From Campylobacterota bacterium (GTDB taxonomy: Bacteria; Campylobacterota; Campylobacteria; Campylobacterales; Arcobacteraceae): a stretch of 33,213 nucleotides of DNA. Each line of letters starts with the position of its first letter. The first letter of the stretch is position 1. Positions 1-7,440 of this stretch are shown piece after piece. The notes below the pieces were generated by a model. That model ran no database searches. It saw only the letters and a program-made list of their open reading frames with translations, and was not told the origin of the DNA. Where the stretch lies: assembly GCA_051746405.1 (NCBI GenBank), contig JBNJFB010000023.1, positions 1 through 33,213 on the forward strand. Reading direction: 5' to 3'. The position numbers were made by a program, and so were the translations under genes.

Positions 1-28
1 AATAAATTCAAACATAAAGTATTATACA

Positions 29-382
29 ATGGAAACTATAAAATTAGAGTATATAGATGTATTTGATAATAATAAATCAAAACACTTAGAGGTTTGCTCC
101 TCTTTGATAAAAGAGAGTTACAATCTAAACTCACTTTTTGCACTTATGGTTGACGGTGAGTCTATGCAGCCTTTAATTAATCATAAATCAGTAATCGTAG
201 CTGACTTATCAAATAAAAAGTTAGTAGAAAATGGAGTTTATATAGTATATTATGAAAATAAAATGTGGATAAAAAAGTATAAAAATAAAAAGTTTATATC
301 AATAAATCCCAACTTTAATCACTTGATTTATAAGCAAGAAGAGGTTCATATTGTAGCAAAAGCAGTACTAATTAAAAGCTAA
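29..382 (+). CDS. S24 family (LexA/UmuD/CI-type) peptidase domain protein; 5' end uncertain
   Basis: VDGESMQP (catalytic Ser motif) and MWIKKY (catalytic Lys), followed by FISINPNF. The frame has no stop from base 2 to the ATG at 29, so the gene may start upstream of the window and could carry an HTH there. Confidence 0.8.
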   Translation: METIKLEYIDVFDNNKSKHLEVCSSLIKESYNLNSLFALMVDGESMQPLINHKSVIVADLSNKKLVENGVYIVYYENKMWIKKYKNKKFISINPNFNHLIYKQEEVHIVAKAVLIKS

Positions 383-432
383 CTTAGGCTATTTATAGTA
401 AGATATGTAAATAATAAAGGTAAAGATATAAG

Positions 433-1671
433 ATGTTAGATGATGATTTTTTAGCTAAATTAACAATACTGTATGTTGAGGATAATGAACAACTAAAAGA
501 TGAAGTTACCTCTTTATTAAAAAGTAAATTCAATAAAGTATTAGTTGCTAGTTCTATACAAGAAGCACAAGAGTTTTTTTCAGAAAAGATATATATTGAT
601 GTTATTATTTGTGAAGCATTTATAGAAAATAAAAACTCTATTGATTTTTTAGTAGATGTTAGAAAAGAAAGCGAAAACCTACCTTTTATATTTTTTACAG
701 AACAAGCTGATATTGATATACTTCTAACCTCCCTAAAGCAAGATGTCACAGATTTCTTTATGAAGCCTTTGGATTTAGAACATCTACTTTTAAGGATACA
801 AGAGGTTTGTAAGGTAAAACAAAGAGAAGATGAAATTATAAATGAACAAAATGAAGTTGCTGAATACTTAAAAATAATAAATAAAGTTGCAGTTGTTTTT
901 ATTTTTGATTTAGAGGGAAATATCGTATATGCCAATGAGTTTTTAAAAGATGTAATAAATTGTAAAGATGAAGAGATTATAGGTCATCAGTATAATGCAA
1001 TATATCACTATGAACTACCTAAAAAAGTTTTAAATGAACAGTGGGAAACTATAAATAATAAAATCCAGTGGAATGGAAAGATGAAATATCTTACAAAAAA
1101 TAGTTCTGTATTTTATGCAAATACTACAATATTACCTGTTTTAGATAAAACAAGTGGTGAGTTAACTAAATTTATTAGTGTAAACTTTATTACTACAAGA
1201 GAAGAGCATAAAAGAAGAGATTATAAAAGAAAAGTTTTATATAATCTGCAAGAGACAAAAAAAGTATATCAAACTGCCCAAAAAAGAATAAATGAACTTA
1301 ATGAAAAACTATACTCATATAAAGGCTATGAAAAACTAGAGGACAGACTCTATACACAAAAGGTGCATAATAAGCATCTTTATGAAAAGCTACAAGAGCT
1401 AGAAAATAAACTAAAAGCAAGCAAAAGAAGGTTTGAGCAGCTAACTTTTGGTGTAAATGAAAAGATAAAAAAAATCTCACTTATGACATCAGATATGCTT
1501 GATACAGCCCATAAAGCTAATAAAAAAACTGACAGGGTAAGAGAAGAGATAAAAGTAAGAGAAGCGTATATCTATAGAATAAAAGAAGAGATTGATGATA
1601 AAAGAGTAAGAATAAAAGACTTAGAGGATGTACTAAGGCATAGAACTGAACAGTTAATGGAGAGTGAGTAA
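433..1671 (+). CDS. Receiver (atypical, Asp->Glu)-PAS-coiled-coil signalling protein
   Basis: REC: ILYVEDN, DVIICE (E at the phospho-Asp position), FIFFT, FMKP. PAS: IFDLEGNIVYANE...WNGKMKYLTKN. Long Lys/Glu heptad-rich C-terminus with no recognisable output domain. Confidence 0.85.
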   Translation: MLDDDFLAKLTILYVEDNEQLKDEVTSLLKSKFNKVLVASSIQEAQEFFSEKIYIDVIICEAFIENKNSIDFLVDVRKESENLPFIFFTEQADIDILLTSLKQDVTDFFMKPLDLEHLLLRIQEVCKVKQREDEIINEQNEVAEYLKIINKVAVVFIFDLEGNIVYANEFLKDVINCKDEEIIGHQYNAIYHYELPKKVLNEQWETINNKIQWNGKMKYLTKNSSVFYANTTILPVLDKTSGELTKFISVNFITTREEHKRRDYKRKVLYNLQETKKVYQTAQKRINELNEKLYSYKGYEKLEDRLYTQKVHNKHLYEKLQELENKLKASKRRFEQLTFGVNEKIKKISLMTSDMLDTAHKANKKTDRVREEIKVREAYIYRIKEEIDDKRVRIKDLEDVLRHRTEQLMESE

Positions 1672-1674
1672 AGT

Positions 1675-2913
1675 ATGTTTAATTATGAATTTTTAAAAAA
1701 ACTTGATGTGCTATATATTGAAAATGATGAACAAGAAAAAAAACACTTAACTTTGATGTTAGCAAAACAGTTTGGAAATGTTATATCTTTTAAAACAGCA
1801 CATGAAGCTTTAGCAAAATTCAAAGAAGATAAAGCAAAAGATAGTCAAATAGATATAGTAATTTGTGATGAAAAACTAGATGACAAAGATGGTTTAAAGT
1901 TATTAGAGTCAATAAGAGAAATTGATGATAATATACCTGTTATTATGACAACAGAAGAGATAACAAGCTCTTTGTTATTAGATGCTATAAAATATCAAGC
2001 AACTGATTGCTTACAAAAACCTATAAATGTAAAAGATTTGGTATTTTGTGTTGAAAATGCATGTTTAAATAAGTACCATAAAGAGTTAAGGGAACAAAAT
2101 AAAAAAGATTTAGAAGACATTATAGAAGTTATAAATCAAGTTGCACTAGTAATAAAAACAGACCCAAAAGGAAAAATAACTTTTGTAAATGAGTATTTTG
2201 AATCAACTTCAAAGTACAAACAAGATGAACTTTTAAATCAAAGTTATGAGATACTAAAAGATGAAAATACAAATAAAATAGTATTTGAAGAGATATTTGA
2301 AGCAACTAATAATGGAAAAATATATGAAACAAAATTAAGGTTTAAGACCAAGCAAAAAGAGGACTTTTATGTATATCTAACAGTAGTACCAGTTTTTTCA
2401 AGGGTAACAAATAAAATAACTGAACTAATGTGGGTTAGTTTTTTAGCAACTGATGATGAACTAGAACAAAGAGAGTTTAAGAAAAAAGTAGCAAAAAATC
2501 TTCAAGAGAATAGACATATAAATCTTCAAGCAAGGAAAAAAATTGATAAACTAATAGGAAAATTATCTTTTTATAGAACTATTGATGTGGATTTAAAAAC
2601 AGAAGATGAAAGGGAAAGAAAGTTTAAAAGTCAAATTAAATTTTATGAAGAAGAGTTAGAAGAGATTGATTCTAAACTAAAAGATACAAGTAAAAAAGCA
2701 AGCGAAAAAATAAAGAAAATTGTTACAGATGAGAGAAGAGCAAGAAAAAGTAGAGATGAAGCTGTGGTTGATTTAAGTGTACTCTCAAAAGATTTAAACC
2801 TAAAAAATAAGACTATAAAAGAGCTAACAAAAGAGCTAGATGAACATGTTTCTAGAATAAATCAGCTTATGAGTAAGATAAACTATAAAGAGTATAAACT
2901 AAATAATAAATAA
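1675..2913 (+). CDS. Receiver-PAS-coiled-coil signalling protein, paralogue of the upstream gene
   Basis: REC: VLYIEND, DIVICD (phospho-Asp present), VIMTT, LQKP. PAS: KTDPKGKITFVNEYF. Coiled-coil tail. Same length (412 aa) and architecture as 433..1671, 3 bp downstream of it. Confidence 0.85.
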   Translation: MFNYEFLKKLDVLYIENDEQEKKHLTLMLAKQFGNVISFKTAHEALAKFKEDKAKDSQIDIVICDEKLDDKDGLKLLESIREIDDNIPVIMTTEEITSSLLLDAIKYQATDCLQKPINVKDLVFCVENACLNKYHKELREQNKKDLEDIIEVINQVALVIKTDPKGKITFVNEYFESTSKYKQDELLNQSYEILKDENTNKIVFEEIFEATNNGKIYETKLRFKTKQKEDFYVYLTVVPVFSRVTNKITELMWVSFLATDDELEQREFKKKVAKNLQENRHINLQARKKIDKLIGKLSFYRTIDVDLKTEDERERKFKSQIKFYEEELEEIDSKLKDTSKKASEKIKKIVTDERRARKSRDEAVVDLSVLSKDLNLKNKTIKELTKELDEHVSRINQLMSKINYKEYKLNNK

Positions 2914-2924
2914 CTTTAGAATTA

Positions 2925-3185
2925 TCATTGGTGTTTTTTCATATTCTCCATAATTTTATTGTAAATTCTTTCGTACTCATCATTTGGTATTGCATCATCA
3001 TCAATTATGGCCAATATGCTTTTTAACTCTTCTAAAAAACTCTCCATCTCTTTTAAAGCTTCCATATTATCTTGTGGATTTTTATTTTTTGCTATATCTG
3101 TGCTCAAGTCATGTATATATGACTGTACCTCTGGTATCATTGCTGTTTGTACTAATTCTTTTAATCTATTTTTTATTTCTGACAT
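2925..3185 (-). CDS. Small helical acidic hypothetical protein
   Basis: 86-aa ORF with AAGGA Shine-Dalgarno upstream of the ATG and protein-like composition. It fills the gap between converging and diverging neighbours. Confidence 0.7.
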   Translation of the reverse strand: MSEIKNRLKELVQTAMIPEVQSYIHDLSTDIAKNKNPQDNMEALKEMESFLEELKSILAIIDDDAIPNDEYERIYNKIMENMKKHQ

Positions 3186-3330
3186 TTTTTATCCTTAATT
3201 ATATTGCATTATATAATATTTATCTTAAAAAACACAAAATATAAGATTCTCAATATATTATTTTTAAAATTATCTTTTTTAAGATACTCTGTTGTACAAT
3301 TATCGAAAATTATAATTTTAAGGTTGAGTT

Positions 3331-5178
3331 TTGCGCAAAAATATTATATTGCAATTTATTGTAATGGTTGCTATGTTAGCTATTATAATTACAGTGTTGA
3401 GCTTATATAACTTACGTCATGTTGGTGTTAAATCAGCAATTCATAATGCCCAAGCCATATCAGAAGTTGTAAGAAGTGGTTTAACCTCTCACATGGTAAA
3501 TAATAATATGCATCAAGTAGATACATTCATAGAGTCTGTATCAGATATGAAAAATGTAGATGAAATTTGGCTTGTAAGAGGTGAGGCTGTAAATAAACAG
3601 TTTAACAAAGTTGATAAAACAAAACTTCCAAAAGATGCACTTGATAAAAGTGTACTTTTAACTGGAAAAATGCAGTATGAAATAAATGAAACCTTTACAG
3701 CAAGTTCAGTTAGAGTTACTATTCCTTACAACGCTATTGCACAAAATAATATAGACTGTCTTAAGTGTCATGATGTAGCAGCTGGTGATACCTTAGGTGC
3801 TATTTCTTTGCAACTTGATATTAGTGATTTAAAACAAATAGGAATAGAGTCACTTTATATAATTACTTTTGTTGTTTTATTTGCTATATTTTTAATAATC
3901 TACTTATCAAGAAAAGTCTTAAGACCATATATTACTCTTTTTGATAAATTTAGTTCAAATATAAATGATGCGGTAATTGGTAAATTTAAAAGAATAGATA
4001 CACCAAGTGGATTAACTCCTGAGATGAAAGAGTTAACAGATGAGTATAATAAGCTAATGCAAAACTTTAAAGATACAGCTTATGATATTGAAAAGAAACT
4101 GCAAGGGTTCATAGGATATAACACAAATGAACAAAATAAAAATCCTTTAAATAAATCAAGTGAGATTATTGATAACTTATCAAATCTCTATCAATTTAAA
4201 AAAGAGATAGAACTAGATCACCTAAGAGAAGAGATATATAATAGATTAGCTCAAGTATTCAAAAATAAATTTAAGTTAGATAAGTTTACTTTTGTTGAAA
4301 TTGATATGATAAAAGAGAAAATGACTACTGTAGTAGAAGAGGGTGATATGTTTTGTTGTAAAAATACACTTTTAGAGACTCCTCACTTATGTAGAACAGC
4401 TAGAACAAAAAGTGATGTTTTTTCAATGGATTTTCATAGTACCTGTCCATATTTTGAGAGAAAAGATAAATACTATTACTGTACAAATATAGCAATAAGC
4501 AAAAATATAAACTTAATCATAAACTTTGTGTTTGATACAAAAGAGGGTTTAGAAGAGCTAAAATCCCAAATAACATTTATAAAAAGTTATATAAATGAAG
4601 CAGCACCATCTTTAGAAGTAAAACTACTAATGAATGCTTTAAAAGATTCGGCATTTAGAGATGGTCTTACAGGTTTATATAATAGGAAATTTTTAGAAGA
4701 GAATACTAAAAAGCTTATTCCTCAAGCAAAAAGAGAGGAGTTTAGTATAGGGGTTCTAATGCTAGATATGGATCACTTTAAAGCTGTAAATGATGAGTAT
4801 GGGCATGATATTGGAGATAAGGTACTAAAAGAGTTAGCACAAATTTTAGTAGAAACTATAAGAGAGTCTGATTTAGTTATAAGATATGGTGGAGAAGAGT
4901 TTGTTGTACTTCTTGTTGGTATAAAAAATGAGCAAGATGCTATAAATGTAGCCCAAAAAATCGGACAAAAAGTTAGAGAAAATGAGATTGATGTTTATGC
5001 AGGTTCAAAACTTAAGAAAACTGTAAGTATAGGTTTATCTATGTTCCCAGATGATTCAACTAACTTTAACTCAGTAATGAAAAATGCAGATATTGCACTA
5101 TATGAAGCTAAAAGTACAGGAAGAGATAAGTTAGTAAGGTTTGAAGAGGAGCAGGTTTCTAGTATAGATTTATTTTAA
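3331..5178 (+). CDS. Membrane-bound diguanylate cyclase with periplasmic c-type heme (CxxCH) sensor, HAMP-like linker and Cys-rich GAF-like domain
   Basis: TTG start; two TM helices flank a periplasmic region containing CLKCH (3757-3771). DGLTGLYNR, LDMDHFKAVND, RESD I-site and GGEEF active site (4861-4902). Confidence 0.9.
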   Translation: MRKNIILQFIVMVAMLAIIITVLSLYNLRHVGVKSAIHNAQAISEVVRSGLTSHMVNNNMHQVDTFIESVSDMKNVDEIWLVRGEAVNKQFNKVDKTKLPKDALDKSVLLTGKMQYEINETFTASSVRVTIPYNAIAQNNIDCLKCHDVAAGDTLGAISLQLDISDLKQIGIESLYIITFVVLFAIFLIIYLSRKVLRPYITLFDKFSSNINDAVIGKFKRIDTPSGLTPEMKELTDEYNKLMQNFKDTAYDIEKKLQGFIGYNTNEQNKNPLNKSSEIIDNLSNLYQFKKEIELDHLREEIYNRLAQVFKNKFKLDKFTFVEIDMIKEKMTTVVEEGDMFCCKNTLLETPHLCRTARTKSDVFSMDFHSTCPYFERKDKYYYCTNIAISKNINLIINFVFDTKEGLEELKSQITFIKSYINEAAPSLEVKLLMNALKDSAFRDGLTGLYNRKFLEENTKKLIPQAKREEFSIGVLMLDMDHFKAVNDEYGHDIGDKVLKELAQILVETIRESDLVIRYGGEEFVVLLVGIKNEQDAINVAQKIGQKVRENEIDVYAGSKLKKTVSIGLSMFPDDSTNFNSVMKNADIALYEAKSTGRDKLVRFEEEQVSSIDLF

Positions 5179-5215
5179 AAATTTTGTTTAAAATATTTAT
5201 CTATTAATAAAATTA

Positions 5216-5252
5216 TAGTAAACTCTAATAAAATTAAATTTGGAGTTTACTA
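5216..5252 (+). promoter_or_regulatory. Inverted repeat overlapping the Shine-Dalgarno of the MotA/ExbB-like gene
   Basis: TAGTAAACTC (5216-5225) and GAGTTTACTA (5243-5252) are perfect 10-bp complements, extendable inward by U-G, A-U, A-U. The right arm covers GGAG and abuts the ATG at 5253. Confidence 0.5.
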
Positions 5253-6311
5253 ATGCTTAACATTTCAAAAGAGAAAATCAGTCCATATCCACGATTTCTT
5301 ATGATACTATCACTACCTTTAATACTCTATATCTCACTTTTTGCTATAAAGTATTTTGAGCTAATGTCATTACAAATTGAGATTCACTCTTTGATTATTA
5401 TCTCTATTATTCTATTTATTTTTCTTTTCTTTATAAGACACAATGCATGGTATGCATTTAGTCACTTCTATAACGGTTTTGATAAGCTAAATGAAAAGGT
5501 TGAAATATATTTAAATGAAAATCAACTAACTATAAATGGTGTGAGTAAATCATATGGTAATATTGATAGTTTTTTTAATGAAAAACTACAAGATATAAGA
5601 AATGATAATTTTGCAAGTGTAGCAGCATCTATTTTTCCAACTCTTGGTATTTTAGGGACTTTTATCGCTATAGCTATTTCTATGCCTGATTTTTCAGTTG
5701 GTTCAAAAGAGGCACTAGAAAGTGAGATTACTATTTTATTAAGTGGAATAGCAACTGCTTTTTATGCTTCAATTTTTGGTATCTTTTTATCAATTTGGTG
5801 GATATTTTTTGAAAAAAGGGGACTTACTAAAATAGAAAAATATATAATTGAAGCTAAACAGTACTACAAAAGTAGAATATGGGATAAAGAGGAGATTAAG
5901 CTCATATCTTTAGTGGAAAGTAAGAATCAAAATAGGGACTTATTGGAAAAAATAGATGAGGTAATAACTCCAAACTATATACAAACATTAGATAATATAG
6001 CAAAACAGAAGCTTCAAACAATAGAGAATATAAATAAAGAGCATGAAGTAATTCAAAATAACCTGATGGGAAATTATGAAAGATTAATTGAGCTTTTTGA
6101 AAATAGTACAACTAAACAAAAAAAGATTATTGAAGACTTTAAAGAGCTTCATGAAATAGTTTTAAATACAAATAAAGAGCAAGTAAACAACTCAAAAGCC
6201 GTAAAAAATGAAATATATACTGTTTTATCATCTTTTCAACTTGTTTCAAGTGACTTAAAAGAGCTAGGAAAAGATTTGATAAACCATGATAAAAAGAGTG
6301 ATGATGAATAA
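5253..6311 (+). CDS. MotA/TolQ/ExbB proton-channel family protein (ZorA-like) with C-terminal helical tail
   Basis: About four hydrophobic helices; channel motif FPTLGILGTFIAI and TAFYASIFGIFLS; ~165-aa soluble helical tail; overlaps the downstream MotB/OmpA partner gene. Confidence 0.85.
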   Translation: MLNISKEKISPYPRFLMILSLPLILYISLFAIKYFELMSLQIEIHSLIIISIILFIFLFFIRHNAWYAFSHFYNGFDKLNEKVEIYLNENQLTINGVSKSYGNIDSFFNEKLQDIRNDNFASVAASIFPTLGILGTFIAIAISMPDFSVGSKEALESEITILLSGIATAFYASIFGIFLSIWWIFFEKRGLTKIEKYIIEAKQYYKSRIWDKEEIKLISLVESKNQNRDLLEKIDEVITPNYIQTLDNIAKQKLQTIENINKEHEVIQNNLMGNYERLIELFENSTTKQKKIIEDFKELHEIVLNTNKEQVNNSKAVKNEIYTVLSSFQLVSSDLKELGKDLINHDKKSDDE

Positions 6312-7383
6312 AGATGAAAATAACTCAAGCTTTTGGATATCATATGCGGATTTAATGGCTGGTTTACTTTTTGTATTTATACTCTTAATTGGTGCAATTA
6401 TAGTTAAATACTCACTTTTGCAAAGTGAATCAAAGCTTTTAGAGATAAATCTAAAAGAAGAGAAAATAGCACTTGAAAAAAGCAAAAATGAACTTGAGAA
6501 AAATAAAGAGAAGTTAAATAAAAAGCAAAAAAGAATAGAAGAAGCAAAAAATAGACTAGAACAGACAAATAAACAAAATGAAGCATTAAAACAAGAAATA
6601 GTAGTACTTCAAAATATAATAGCTTCAAAAGAAGAAGATATAAAGAGTAAAAAAGAAGAGATATCAAAAGTAAATAGAGTAAATAAAGATAAAAACCAAA
6701 CAATAAAAGAGCTATTTGCTCAAATTGATAATAAGAATAAAGAGTTGAAAAATACTAAAGATAGAGTAGATGAGTTAAGAGATAGATATAATAACTTAAC
6801 AACTAAGTTAGAAGATAGTATCAAAGCAAAAAACATAGCTACAAAGCAGTTAAAGCAAACAAAGCAAGAGATAAAAAACCTCACAGGTATAAAAATAAAA
6901 GTAATCTCTTTATTAAAGCAGAAGTTAGGAAAAAAGTTTGAAATAGATTCTCAAAGTGGAGCAATTAGACTATCTTCAAATATTCTTTTTGATGAGGGAG
7001 AGTTTGATTTAAAACCAAACTCAAAAGAGGACTTAAAGGTTGCTGTTTATGACTATTTGAATACTATTTTAGAAAATAAAGAGATAAATAAGCATATAGA
7101 TAAAATAATAGTAGAGGGTCACACAAATTCAAAAGGTTCTTTTTTGTATAATATGGAATTATCACAAAAAAGAGCATACTCTGTAATGGCATTTTTATTA
7201 AAACTTGATTTTAATAATAAAGAGTTGCTAAGAGATTTAATTGTGGCAAGTGGAAGGTCATATCTAGACCCAATTTATAACAAAAATGGCGTAGAAGACC
7301 AAGACAAATCAAGAAGAATAGAGATTAAATTTAGACTTAAAAATGAAGAGGCTATTAAAGAAATAGAGTCAATTTTAAGATAG
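6301..7383 (+). CDS. MotB/OmpA family protein (ZorB-like): TM helix, long coiled coil, OmpA_C peptidoglycan-binding domain
   Basis: FWISYADLMAGLL (conserved channel Asp), ~150-aa coiled coil, ILFD, IIVEGHTNS, NMELSQKRA, SRRIEIKF. The start is most likely ATG 6301 or 6304 (ORF track starts at 6286). Confidence 0.88.
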   Translation: MMNKDENNSSFWISYADLMAGLLFVFILLIGAIIVKYSLLQSESKLLEINLKEEKIALEKSKNELEKNKEKLNKKQKRIEEAKNRLEQTNKQNEALKQEIVVLQNIIASKEEDIKSKKEEISKVNRVNKDKNQTIKELFAQIDNKNKELKNTKDRVDELRDRYNNLTTKLEDSIKAKNIATKQLKQTKQEIKNLTGIKIKVISLLKQKLGKKFEIDSQSGAIRLSSNILFDEGEFDLKPNSKEDLKVAVYDYLNTILENKEINKHIDKIIVEGHTNSKGSFLYNMELSQKRAYSVMAFLLKLDFNNKELLRDLIVASGRSYLDPIYNKNGVEDQDKSRRIEIKFRLKNEEAIKEIESILR

Positions 7384-7407
7384 TTTATCAAATAATCAAG
7401 TTTAATC

Positions 7408-7416
7408 TGTTATTAT
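7408..7416 (+). promoter_or_regulatory. Candidate extended -10 promoter for the SLBB-T2SS operon
   Basis: TGTTATTAT (TGn + near-consensus -10) 24 bp before ATG 7441, with an AAGG RBS in between. The AT-rich background limits certainty. Confidence 0.35.
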
Positions 7417-7440
7417 TTTAAAAAAAATTAAAGGTTCATA

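Noticed and set aside
29..382. Claim that the S24 peptidase is a stand-alone domain lacking a DNA-binding HTH
   Set aside because: The reading frame is open to the left edge of the window, so an upstream extension cannot be excluded.
5253..7383. Complete Zorya defence system, flagellar MotAB, or Ton/Tol system
   Set aside because: No zorC/D/E, flagellar or tonB/tolA/tolB genes adjacent. The B subunit has an OmpA_C domain, unlike ExbD/TolR. Kept only as an orphan ZorAB-like pair.
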